Assembly: GCA_965219445.1 (NCBI GenBank)
Contig: CBDCNQ010000005.1
Span: 704,001 to 768,000, forward strand
Length of the DNA: 64,000 nt
Reading direction: 5' to 3'
From: Longimicrobiales bacterium
GTDB lineage: Bacteria > Gemmatimonadota > Gemmatimonadetes > Longimicrobiales > Gaopeijiaceae
Below, piece by piece: positions 10,137 through 19,653 of this stretch (within the stretch, counting starts at the first letter, position 1; every line of letters starts with the position of its first letter). The notes under the pieces are model-generated. The model was not told where the DNA came from. It was given only the letters and a program-made list of their open reading frames with translations, and made no database searches. Position numbers and translations under genes: made by a program.

Positions 10137-11363
10137 TCACATCCCATCCGGATAGAGGGGCCCACCCAACCCCTCCATCATCTCAGCAGAGACCGGTTCC
10201 AGGCCCTGGAAATTGAACTTCTGCGCTCGTCTGCCTACGTTGACTTCCGCGGTGTAGAGATTGCCCGCCGGATCGGCAACCATGTCGTGAAGAACGTAGA
10301 ACTCTCCGGGCCGGTCGCCAACTTGCCCGAAGTGGGCGAGGGGCTCCAACGTCTCGCGATCGAACACCACCACCTCGTGGTTGCTTCGTTCGGCCAGGTA
10401 CAGGTATCGTTGCTCTGGGTCCGCCGAGAAGCCGATTCTGCTAGCCGACATGTGGGCGGTGGCGACCGCCGTGTAAAGCTCCGGAATGGGCCTTCCATGC
10501 GCCCTCTCGTTGGCACGCGCGGCGAGGACTTCTGGATCCAGCTCGGTCCGCCCGATGAAGACCTCCCTTATGTAGTCACCGTCCACCGTAAACACCTGAA
10601 ACCGCATATTGCGTCGGTCGGCCACGTACACGAGTCCGTCGTCCGAGACCTGCACCCCATGCACGTTATTGAACTGCTCGGGTCGTGACTCGTCCAACAT
10701 TTCGCCTTCGGCCGGGTCGGTCGGAGCGTTGCCGTAGGCACCCCACATCCGCTTGTATTCCCCGGTCTCCGCGTCGAAGACGATGATGCGCCTGTTCCCG
10801 TATCCGTCCGCGACGAAGAGCTCGTTCGTCAGCGCATAGACGTCCAGATCGGCAGCTCGGTTCACGTTGAGCGTGTCCGTGTTGCCCCGGCTTTGGTTGG
10901 CCCGTCCGATCTGCATGACGAACTCACCATCGGTCGTGAACTTCAGAATCTGATCGTCCCCCGCACCGCTACCGGCGATCCAGACGTAGTTGTCGTGATC
11001 CACATAGATTCCGTGCTCCGTGGCGGGCCATTCGTAGCCCTGCCCCTCCCCGCCCCAGCTATTGATGAGGTTGCCGTCCGTGTCGAACACCATGACCGGT
11101 GGTGCTGCTCTGTCCACTTCTTCAGGATCGACCGTCCGTGGGCGAGTGAGAACCCAGACGTTGTCATCCGCGTCCATTCCCAGGCCAGACGTGATCCCAA
11201 ACACCCAATCGTTCGGGATTATCGGCCAAGAGGGATCAACCAGGAACGAGGGTGCCATCAGCTCACCCACGTCCGTGGCTTCGCCGGCGTCATCAACCCC
11301 TCCTCCGCATGCCACGACGCCCAACGCCATCACGCAGGCACCCAGCCATATCTTCCTCTTCAT
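10137..11363 (-). CDS. NHL-repeat PAL-like lyase, lipoprotein
   Basis: Start at MKRKIWLG, lipobox VVAC; motifs TEHGIYVD, FVADGYGNRRI, VHGV, YVADRRN, LHDM. Confidence 0.85.
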   Translation of the reverse strand: MKRKIWLGACVMALGVVACGGGVDDAGEATDVGELMAPSFLVDPSWPIIPNDWVFGITSGLGMDADDNVWVLTRPRTVDPEEVDRAAPPVMVFDTDGNLINSWGGEGQGYEWPATEHGIYVDHDNYVWIAGSGAGDDQILKFTTDGEFVMQIGRANQSRGNTDTLNVNRAADLDVYALTNELFVADGYGNRRIIVFDAETGEYKRMWGAYGNAPTDPAEGEMLDESRPEQFNNVHGVQVSDDGLVYVADRRNMRFQVFTVDGDYIREVFIGRTELDPEVLAARANERAHGRPIPELYTAVATAHMSASRIGFSADPEQRYLYLAERSNHEVVVFDRETLEPLAHFGQVGDRPGEFYVLHDMVADPAGNLYTAEVNVGRRAQKFNFQGLEPVSAEMMEGLGGPLYPDGM

Positions 11364-11693
11364 GTCTTCTTCTCTCAAGGGAATGTACAAAGCGTTCATC
11401 AAGGCAAAGACAATGTTCATCCAGAACCGGAGGTAGGGCGCTCCGGGTATCAACAAGAACTCCAAAGCTACAGAGATGTTTGGAGGCAGATCCGAATCGT
11501 CAACCGAACCGATCGACTTAGGCGCTGTCAGAGTCCCCCACGAAAGACGACGGTCTTTTCCTCGTCCACCTGAGTCATGAAAGCCTGACCTTCCCGCAAA
11601 CGCGGAGCCGCTCGTCCGAGTGATGGTAATCGGCGCTAGGCTTCAACGGGCTGTACATATATTCAAAGCATGTCGCCAGCCCTTATCTGGAAT

Positions 11694-11735
11694 GGGGACA
11701 CACAGCCGGGATCACACCCCCGGCTGTGTGTCCCC
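11694..11735 (-). terminator. Perfect 17-bp hairpin just after the monooxygenase gene (terminator or mRNA-stabilising stem)
   Basis: GGGGACACACAGCCGGG / CCCGGCTGTGTGTCCCC, 9 nt past the stop; no clear U-tract. Confidence 0.6.
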
Positions 11736-11744
11736 TATGCCGAT

Positions 11745-13082
11745 CTACTGCCCACCCTGCTGGGCCACCTGCTGCTGCCTCTGCTCCAGAAGCTTTTCCC
11801 TCTCCTGGAGCATCCACTCGTAGTCCTCCTCCTCCATCGAGACGAACCCGATATGCATGTGAGACATATCGTCGGCGCTACGCCTGCCAAAAATCACCCA
11901 CTGGTCCGGATCCGGGTTCCCCGGTCGCTCAGTGTTGTCATACCAAGCGGTCACCATAATGACCGTACCCGTGGGCAGCAGCGGCATCACATGATCCTCA
12001 TACGTGTAGGTGATATGCCAGTTAAACTGCCAGCCGGTCCGGCTCAGAATCTGGACACGACCATCCGGATAGATCGCCTCGATCAACTGCCCCGCACCAT
12101 GTGTATGCTGATGTCCCCGGACGCTGTAGATCATGCCCGGTTTCTGTAGCACGGTGACGCCCTGCGTCACTATTTGTCCGTGGGGCGGAATCACGATCTC
12201 CTGGGCCGCTGGTCCCTCGATGTTCCGGATGGAGGTGAAGCTCTTTCGAATGGACTTGAGCCGCGGCTCTGCATCCTCCGGCCAGAACCACATGCCGACC
12301 TCAAGAAATGCGTCTTCCACTGCCTCGATCCCGTCCGGGACGTAGTGGATGTTGAATCCGACCTCGAGCCCTGGCTCGATGATCCGGCCTACGTTCGGGG
12401 GAAAGACGTCATAGGGCTTCCCGATTGCGAACTTCGAAATGTTCGAATTGCCATGATGCGTGACCGGACGGCTCCCGGGGGAGGGCTTGGTCTCGATGGC
12501 CCTGGCATAGCGCGGCTTATCGAGTCCCTCCACCGTGACTGTCGGCTGCCACCACTGGTCCAGCCCAGTGGCTCGCACCGTATAAGGATCGGAACGAATG
12601 ATCAGATCGGGCGGGCGTCCGAACTCCTCCTCGAGCTGCCACACCGTCGCATCCGGCCACTTCACGGGCGGTGGCATGTCCGCCGGGTCGCCCAGCGGCG
12701 CGCCCGCATCGGCCCAGCGGCTGATCGTCGCGATTTGCTCGTCGCTCAGAGAGAGATCGTCCTTGAACTCCTGGATCCCCACCGTCCGGTCGATGTGCCA
12801 AGGGGGCATGAAGCGGCTCTCGACGCGCTCCTTGATCAGTGGCGCCCATTGTGCCGCCTGCTCATACGTCATCAGCGACATCGGCGCGATCCCGCCCGGC
12901 TGATGGCACATCTGACAGCTATTCTGGAGGATCGGGGCCACGTCCCTCGCGTAGGTGACCGAATTGTCCGCCGCCTGCGAGACCGCCTGCCCGGGAAGGG
13001 ACAGCAGGGCGGCCACAGCCAACAGCGGCGTTGCTACCCGGATGCTTGACCCCATCCAGTGGTGTGTTCTCTTCTTGCTCAT
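11745..13082 (-). CDS. Cytochrome c domain fused to a copper type II (PHM/DBH-like) monooxygenase
   Basis: Signal peptide; CQMCH...MPPW heme domain; VTHHG, NIHY, GHQHTHG and DDM motifs in PHM ligand order; RBS AGGAG. Confidence 0.85.
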   Translation of the reverse strand: MSKKRTHHWMGSSIRVATPLLAVAALLSLPGQAVSQAADNSVTYARDVAPILQNSCQMCHQPGGIAPMSLMTYEQAAQWAPLIKERVESRFMPPWHIDRTVGIQEFKDDLSLSDEQIATISRWADAGAPLGDPADMPPPVKWPDATVWQLEEEFGRPPDLIIRSDPYTVRATGLDQWWQPTVTVEGLDKPRYARAIETKPSPGSRPVTHHGNSNISKFAIGKPYDVFPPNVGRIIEPGLEVGFNIHYVPDGIEAVEDAFLEVGMWFWPEDAEPRLKSIRKSFTSIRNIEGPAAQEIVIPPHGQIVTQGVTVLQKPGMIYSVRGHQHTHGAGQLIEAIYPDGRVQILSRTGWQFNWHITYTYEDHVMPLLPTGTVIMVTAWYDNTERPGNPDPDQWVIFGRRSADDMSHMHIGFVSMEEEDYEWMLQEREKLLEQRQQQVAQQGGQ

Positions 13083-13098
13083 GTGTCGCTCCTGTCGC

Positions 13099-14061
13099 TT
13101 ATGGTGTGACCGTGACCCTTACATACGCATTCGTCCAACAGCAATGCTGCACCAATCCGGCAAGATTCTCTATTGCCGTAACGCGCAGCATATACTCTCC
13201 AGGCTCCTCAAATGTCGCAAACGTGGTCACCTCGCCCGGGTCGGCTCCCTCCAGCACGGTCTCTCGCTCGCTGAAAGTCACCTGGCCAGCCCCCTGGTGG
13301 TGATACCACGTCACGATCATACTCTCCGCATGCTCCGGTGCGTTCCCTTGCGGCGGGCGCGCTCCCTCCTCCGTCCCCGCAGGCTCCGGCTCGACGAAGA
13401 CTCTCAGCGGTAAGGGAGCCCCCACAGCTACGGTGAGCGGACCCAGGGTGATGCCGCGCCGGCCTTTTGTCTCCGGGCCGGACGGGTCGAATTTGAGCCC
13501 CGCAGCGACCGGTGCGTTCGTGAGACTCACCGTGTCGTCTATCGCATAGCCCTCTATCGTCGCTCGCCCCGGAACGGAATATGTCTGGCCCCCGTTGCGT
13601 AATGTCCAAACGACGTCCCCCCGATAATCATCCGGCACCCTTACGACGAAAACGCTCTGGTCCCTGTGCCTGCGACCGTTGTCCTCGGGTGCCGGATAAA
13701 AATGCGTCGGCTGGCCGCCGTTGAATTCACTCGGCTCGATGAAGTTGTCGGGCCCGATCGGGATATCGAAGGTCTCGTCATAATTCATATTGAAGTAGCT
13801 GTAGCTGAGAAGGATCGTGCCAGTACCCGGCTTACGGGTCCAGCCTTCAAAAAGAGGAATGACAGCCTGTCCATGGCTCAACACGTTCGCATGAGGAAAG
13901 GGAGAATAAAATGGGCTCCTACCAACTACTGTGAGCCCTGTCGCTGGGTCCTGCGGCTCACTTCTTGCGCGACCTGGTCGCGTTTGTGCCTCGAGGGGTG
14001 TCCAGCTCGCAAGCAGGAGCCATGCAATCAAACCCCCGCCGAAAAAATACCGTGCCTTCAT
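13099..14061 (-). CDS. Secreted hypothetical protein with a C-terminal Ig/PKD-like domain and a CCWTN motif
   Basis: Start at MKARYFF with signal peptide; P.FEGW, FNMN, IPIGPDNFIEP, GQPTHF, ATFEEPGEYMLRV; ends 16 nt before the monooxygenase gene. Confidence 0.75.
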   Translation of the reverse strand: MKARYFFGGGLIAWLLLASWTPLEAQTRPGRARSEPQDPATGLTVVGRSPFYSPFPHANVLSHGQAVIPLFEGWTRKPGTGTILLSYSYFNMNYDETFDIPIGPDNFIEPSEFNGGQPTHFYPAPEDNGRRHRDQSVFVVRVPDDYRGDVVWTLRNGGQTYSVPGRATIEGYAIDDTVSLTNAPVAAGLKFDPSGPETKGRRGITLGPLTVAVGAPLPLRVFVEPEPAGTEEGARPPQGNAPEHAESMIVTWYHHQGAGQVTFSERETVLEGADPGEVTTFATFEEPGEYMLRVTAIENLAGLVQHCCWTNAYVRVTVTP

Positions 14062-14453
14062 ATTACAGCTGCCGCTCTGTTTAGGTCTCCCACTCCCGGC
14101 TCGGGAACTCGGCCTAAAAGCCCCCCCCAATTTATTACAGGTTTGGATTCGTATCAAATTCGACCTCGTGCAAGGGGACGGCAGGTGCGTGTTGCATTAT
14201 ACTCGCGGCCTCGCAAGTTGAAACCCTGCTGCCACGAGTCATTCAAGCGCAACGCTTGATCATATCTGTCGACTCGCCATGCTGTCAAACCGCCTGAGGA
14301 CCGGATGGGATGCTCTGGTTCCGAAAGCTGAGCGTGGGTGTTTGGCGTGTGTCAGCGAACAGCGGGGAAGAAGAAGAAGAAGAAGTCAACATCATTGTCG
14401 GCATTCGCATGATCGACTCCTCGAGGAAGCCCCTGAGCGTGATCGGATGACTT

Positions 14454-15755
14454 TCAATGGATGATGCCGGCCAAACCCGCCTCCGAGACGACGACCAACA
14501 GCGCGCGTTGTATGGCCAGATGGCCGTCCTCGTTGATCCACCACTCACCGGGGGCGTGACTGCTGCCGCCCGTGCCGCCTCGGCTCAGAGTGACGGCCGG
14601 AATCCCTAGAGCGATGGGGATGTTAGAGTCCGTGGAGGAGCGTGCCAGCCTGGTAGAGACATCGAACTGGGCCGTAGCGGCGGCCGAGCGTTGGATCACG
14701 GGAGTGGACGGGGGCAGCTCACCCGAGGGCCGGTTTCCGATCCGGTCCAACTCCACCTCGAGCGCCGGGCCTTCCCGGCGCAACGCATTCTCACCCTCCA
14801 AGCCACGGTTCATCGCGTCTGTGAAGGCCCGCTCGATGCGCACCAGGCTCTCGGGACTCTCCGACCGCATGTCGACTTCCATCCACGACTCGGCCGGAAT
14901 GGCATTGACCGACGTTCCTCCTCCGATCCGCCCCACGTTGTAACTCGTCGGGGGTCCGGTGCGCGTCAGCGTGTCTGCCGCGTCCTGGAAAAAACCGACT
15001 GCCCTGCTCAGGGCGTGCGCAGGATTGGCCATCCCGAACGCGCCCCACGAGTGGCCGCCGGGCCCTGCGAACGTCACGCGGTAGCGAATCGAGCCCAATC
15101 CTCGGGTCACCAGGCGGTCCAGCCCGCCGCCATCGATGGAGATCCACACATCGATCGGGTCGGCCCCTTCCCGGAAGAGGTGCTTCATGCCGCGGAGGTC
15201 GCCCAAGCCTTCCTCTCCCACGGTGCCGATGAAGAGCACGTCGTCGGACGTTTCGACGTTGGCCTCCTCCATCGCTCTCAAGACGGTGAGTACCACGACG
15301 AGGCCTCTAGTGTCGTCGCCCACGCCCGGGGCGTAGAGCGTGTCGCCCCGCATTCGTACTGCGACGTCGGTTCCCTCGGGGAAGACCGTATCCAAGTGAG
15401 CGCCGAATGCCACGGTGCGCCCCCCGCCGCGTCCGCGCCTCAACCCGACGGCGTTCCCCTCAGCATCGACCCACACACTGTCGGCTCCCGCTTCTCGGAG
15501 AAGCTCGGCGAACCGCGCTGCGCGCGCCTCCTCCATAAAGGGTGGGGCTGGGATTTCGGTGAGCTCGATCAGGAGGTCCATGCCCCACGGGTCGAGATCC
15601 TCCACCCGACTCAGTGCATTTCGCACCGGCTGTTGAGCCGTCAGGATCTCCATCTCCTCGAGGTATTCGGGCTCGATGGTTTGCGCCGTTGCGGATGACG
15701 CAGGAAGAGCGGCCAGTAAGGCCATGAAGGCGAGCGGAGCGGCTGGTGCTCTCAA
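14454..15755 (-). CDS. Secreted M20/M25/M40-family metallo-hydrolase
   Basis: AHLDTVFP, APGVGDDTRG, VGEEGLGDLRG, GGHSWG, STDSN, SH; signal peptide. Confidence 0.9.
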   Translation of the reverse strand: MRAPAAPLAFMALLAALPASSATAQTIEPEYLEEMEILTAQQPVRNALSRVEDLDPWGMDLLIELTEIPAPPFMEEARAARFAELLREAGADSVWVDAEGNAVGLRRGRGGGRTVAFGAHLDTVFPEGTDVAVRMRGDTLYAPGVGDDTRGLVVVLTVLRAMEEANVETSDDVLFIGTVGEEGLGDLRGMKHLFREGADPIDVWISIDGGGLDRLVTRGLGSIRYRVTFAGPGGHSWGAFGMANPAHALSRAVGFFQDAADTLTRTGPPTSYNVGRIGGGTSVNAIPAESWMEVDMRSESPESLVRIERAFTDAMNRGLEGENALRREGPALEVELDRIGNRPSGELPPSTPVIQRSAAATAQFDVSTRLARSSTDSNIPIALGIPAVTLSRGGTGGSSHAPGEWWINEDGHLAIQRALLVVVSEAGLAGIIH

Positions 15756-15866
15756 GGGTCATACTCCGATCGTTGGGGTCTCGAAGTGATCGTTCAGTCC
15801 AGCAAACTTAGGGCCCGAAGCCGTCGCGTCTACCGTTCCGCCACTCCGGCCCGAGCGGCTAGCGAC

Positions 15867-17060
15867 CTAACGCGACCATTGCCGCCTCAACCGAAACGTG
15901 ACGATCGCGAGAAGTACAGCAAGGAGCACCGCCACACGTGCCCACGTTCCGGTGAGTCGCCGTGAGAGGACAGTCTCCCTTTCGTCGACGGCAAGCCGCC
16001 TCTCCCCCGGGTAGTCCACGGAGAACAGGCCGAACCCAGGGCGGAGGTCCAAGACGAAGGTGAAGGGCCGCGTCATGTCCACAGCCGGGTCGAGTAGGAG
16101 AACCCTCAACATCCGAACCTGACCGTCGAGCTTTCCCGCCCGGGGCGGGCCGAATAGGAGGACCCCGGGCGGCGCCAGACCCAGGGTGTCACCGCCCTGC
16201 ACAATCGAGAGCCGCCCGAGGTTGAGAGCCCCGGCCGAGGGCCCGTCCACGCCGGCCAGAACGAGATGCCGCTCCTGGGCAAGGGGCCCCGCCCGCTCTA
16301 GCGCCTGAGCCAACATCTCCGACCCGATCAGGAGCTCCGCGACCGCCTCGTCCCTAAGATAGACTAGGGTGACATCGGCAGCGGTCCGCTCTTCGTCCAG
16401 GACGAGGATCTGCTGCACCAGCCCCCGAAAGAGCATCTGCGTCCAGGACAGCCGCTCGAGTTCACCCAGCGCAACCGACACCGGGTCCAAAAGGGGCGCC
16501 TCCGTGGCGGAGGACACCGATCCAAGACGGTACGCCAAAGCCACCTCTCGGGCCGCGTTCCGTATTCCTCGGGACGTGGCATCGACGGTGATCGTTGCGC
16601 CCGTGATGCCATCCACATCCCGCCGTACCTGAAACGCGTCCAGAATACTCTTCCCGGTGAACTGCTCCTGGAATCCAGGGGTTGCGAGGAAGTCACCGCG
16701 GCTGCTCCGGAGCGATTCGACATAGCGGACCACGACGATCCCGGTGAGTACACCTCTCAGGTCCATCCCGACGAGTACCTCGATGGGCCCGTTGAATCCC
16801 ATCTGTTCGGGCGGCAGATCAGAGGTGAGGAAGGCGTAACCGACCAGGGTCTCCTGTCCGGATACGGGGTCACTTCGGTACGCCTCGAAGACGGGTGGCT
16901 GGCCCTGCCGGTCCGTGAACCGATCGGCTTCGGGCACCACCCTCTCGAGTAGGGTCAGCCACTCCTCGGGTGTGTCCTGAGCCGAGGACGAGACCGGGGC
17001 GATCAATGTCAGAGCCCAGGCGGCCAGAACGGTCACGAGCATGGCCGACCGAAGCCCCAA
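15867..17060 (-). CDS. FMN-binding (flavinylated) protein, NosR/NirI N-terminal-like, with C-terminal membrane anchor
   Basis: GFNGPIEVLVGMD, VDGITGATIT ([ST]GA[ST] flavinylation motif); N-terminal signal and one C-terminal TM helix. Confidence 0.8.
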   Translation of the reverse strand: MGLRSAMLVTVLAAWALTLIAPVSSSAQDTPEEWLTLLERVVPEADRFTDRQGQPPVFEAYRSDPVSGQETLVGYAFLTSDLPPEQMGFNGPIEVLVGMDLRGVLTGIVVVRYVESLRSSRGDFLATPGFQEQFTGKSILDAFQVRRDVDGITGATITVDATSRGIRNAAREVALAYRLGSVSSATEAPLLDPVSVALGELERLSWTQMLFRGLVQQILVLDEERTAADVTLVYLRDEAVAELLIGSEMLAQALERAGPLAQERHLVLAGVDGPSAGALNLGRLSIVQGGDTLGLAPPGVLLFGPPRAGKLDGQVRMLRVLLLDPAVDMTRPFTFVLDLRPGFGLFSVDYPGERRLAVDERETVLSRRLTGTWARVAVLLAVLLAIVTFRLRRQWSR

Positions 17061-17069
17061 CGGCAGCGC

Positions 17070-17861
17070 TCAGAGAGGCTTGTCCGGGTTGGCGATGGTA
17101 CGCCACATGTGCGCGGACGGACTGTTGTCGTAGCCGAGCCCTTCCGCCGGACTCTTGAAGTTTCGCCCGATGATGTCGACGAATGGGTCGATGGAGAGCT
17201 CAACACCCTCTTGGAAGCCGTACAAATCGTTCACCGTGATAAGGCGAGATTCCATATACCATCGGTGGCGGCGCGCCTCCTCGTAGGCTCGCCGGATGTA
17301 GTCGGGTGGTACGTAATCCTCGCCGAAGATCCGGTTGTAGAGATCGAACGGATAGTCGTAGCCCACGGTATCATCCGGGTAGAAGCGGAGGGCCCCGTGG
17401 TAGCGGATGCCCCAGCTGATCCGCTCGTCGACGTACGGCTCGTAGAGCTGGGCGCCCCACCAACCGTGGTCGGCCCTGATCAGCCCCTGAACCCCATCGT
17501 GTAGCAAACAAGCCATCACGGTGCGTTCAGGCTGCCCGGTCTCGAGCGCGTGGGTGGCGCTTTGGAGGCAATGGTTGCCCCCCGTGAGCCGAAGTCGGAA
17601 GAAATCGAGGAAGGTGGGGTTGTCCGGCATGGGCTCGAGCGGTTCGGCCCGCGGGAGAAGAAGTCTGCCGGTGCCGCGGGGGGTTTGGGCCTGCTGCTCC
17701 TCGGCCTCTTCGGCCTCTTCGGCCGTCACGGACGTCGTTTCGGGCTTTTCGAGCAGGTCCATCATGTAGTGCTCGAGCGCCTCTGCCTTATCCTCCGGAT
17801 CCATGAATTCCAGCGTCCCGACGCCCAGCGTGGCCAAGAAGGCTCGGCGGTCGACTTCCAT
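17070..17861 (-). CDS. HD-domain metalloprotein
   Basis: HCLQSATHA...ACLLHDG...DHG...YHG...ND pattern; N-terminal DRRAFL; RBS GGGAGG. Confidence 0.78.
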   Translation of the reverse strand: MEVDRRAFLATLGVGTLEFMDPEDKAEALEHYMMDLLEKPETTSVTAEEAEEAEEQQAQTPRGTGRLLLPRAEPLEPMPDNPTFLDFFRLRLTGGNHCLQSATHALETGQPERTVMACLLHDGVQGLIRADHGWWGAQLYEPYVDERISWGIRYHGALRFYPDDTVGYDYPFDLYNRIFGEDYVPPDYIRRAYEEARRHRWYMESRLITVNDLYGFQEGVELSIDPFVDIIGRNFKSPAEGLGYDNSPSAHMWRTIANPDKPL

Positions 17862-17998
17862 AGCGCCCCTCCCTGTTGCAGAGGCCCGGACGACGTCGCC
17901 GGGCCCCCGTGGTCCAGCGCAGAAGATCCGCCACCCCAGTCGAGCATATTAGGTCGATCAGGTGAGCGGCGCTAATCAGGTGCGGTGATCGGTAGCTA

Positions 17999-19086
17999 TC
18001 AGGTGGGAGCCTGGCCGTCGACGTCCGCCCGGTCAGGCTCGGACAAGAGGGCAGTGAGACGGTCGAGCGCTTCATCGAGCTCGATGCCGAACCTCGCCAT
18101 GGCCTGGCAGGCGCGCACGAGCAGAAAACGTGGGAGGCGTCCCTCGGCCAGCATCTTCCAACGCACCTCGGTCCCACCGTCAGACGGCTTGAACTCCACG
18201 GTGCTCAGCATGCGAAGAGGTCCTCGGTTGAATCGGACCGTGTAGTAGTCGAACGGATGCCAATCCAGAACCTGCTCGACGACCTTCGATATCGTGCAGT
18301 GATTCTGCGTCCCACGGCCGGTGCGGCCAGTGGGGCGAGCCAGCGGCTGCCAGTCCGACCCGGGCATCCACCGGGATCGCTTGACAGGGTCATTGAACCA
18401 GTCCCAGGTGATGGCGGGCGAAGCGTCGAACCTCCTCGAGACGGAGACATGTGCGTCCTCGGCTTCGACGAGGACACGACGGCCCTCCACCAGGTCGACG
18501 TACCGACCATCGAGATCGAGCCCGAGCACTCTGGTCTCGCCCAGATGCTCGTACTCTTCGACGATCTCGTGCATCCCGCTCGACTCTACGCCCATCCGCT
18601 CGAGGCTCGACTCCGAGAAAAGAGCGTAGGCGTGCCATCCGGTCTCCTCGGTCACGTGGTTCTTGAGCAGCCGGTGAGCGAGGTTCACAGAGGAACCGAG
18701 CGGCTTGCTCCTACCGGCCACATTCTGCAGGACGAACTCCCCGAAGTGGGTGACGAACTTCAGATCCAGATGATCGATGGACTGGCAGGCCAGGCAGCGA
18801 CACGTGGCGTTGCGGCTCATGGTCTGGCGAAGGTCACGGAACGCCGTATGGCATCTACCAGATCGAAGATGAGCTCCCCGCGCGACACTCCTTCCTCGAG
18901 CCCGTACACGAAAACCGCGTCGCCCTCCACCTCGGCAAGTTGAAAAGCCGGTGTCAGCTGACCGATGATTGTGCGGATGACGTTCTCGAGGACCCCCTGA
19001 GCATGATCCAGTTCGGTGCCCTCGAGAAAGGCCGTGAAGCCGGAGATGTCCGCGAGGAGGAGATATCCTTTCTGGATTGACGACAC
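17999..19086 (-). pseudogene. DUF2652 (nucleotide-cyclase-like) + SRPBCC protein, frameshifted near 18850
   Basis: N-part ADISGFT...EVEGDAVF in one frame. C-part TAFRD...CRCLAC...LDLKFVTHFGE...AHRLLKN plus an SRPBCC domain in another frame. Confidence 0.8.
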
Positions 19087-19218
19087 GGGTAGGATCCGGA
19101 GCTAGGTGGACGGGGTCGGTGTCTTCGGCCGGCGCATCGACGCTCACGCAACGTATTCCGTGATCCTCATCGTTAGCAACACAGGCGATCGACTCCCGCT
19201 TCACCCCCCAACGCTGGC

Positions 19219-19653
19219 GTGAGACCCGGCGCCGCGCTGCTGCCCCTGGAATCGATCGCCACCGAGCAGTGGGGCGCGCATCTGCCCGTACACCGCATCT
19301 TCACGCTCCTGTTCGTTCCTACCGCATTCGTGATCGTGGCGACGGCGGGCTTCGCGCTCGGCGTCGGTCTGCGAAAGCCTCGACTTGGGTTGAGCCTGGC
19401 GTGGCGTGCAGGATCGGCCGGTGCCTTGGCCTTTCTCGTCGTTAACCTGCTGATGGAAGGGATGGGATGGCAGGTGGGCGGTCCGGGCGCGGCCGAGCGG
19501 TACACAATGCTCACGGTAACGTTCTCGGGGAACCTGGGCTGCGCGCTGACGGCCGGGGCAGTGATCGGCTCCGGATTGTGGGCCGAGGGCGCTCGGTCGT
19601 CCGCGAACGGGCTCCTCTACTCGGCCGATTCCCTTACTCGGCCGATTCCCTGA
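19219..19653 (+). CDS. Membrane protein, probably a 5'-truncated remnant
   Basis: Three hydrophobic helices; weak GTG start without RBS, about 130 nt from the divergent DUF2652 start. Confidence 0.45.
   Translation: MRPGAALLPLESIATEQWGAHLPVHRIFTLLFVPTAFVIVATAGFALGVGLRKPRLGLSLAWRAGSAGALAFLVVNLLMEGMGWQVGGPGAAERYTMLTVTFSGNLGCALTAGAVIGSGLWAEGARSSANGLLYSADSLTRPIP
19618..19651. repeat. Exact 17-bp tandem duplication
   Basis: TACTCGGCCGATTCCCT x2, containing the stop codon of the minus-strand gene. Confidence 0.9.

Noticed and set aside
11541..11555. CGAAAGACGAYGGTC shared with 54369-54383
   Set aside because: Two copies at different distances from genes; a 14/15 match can arise by chance.
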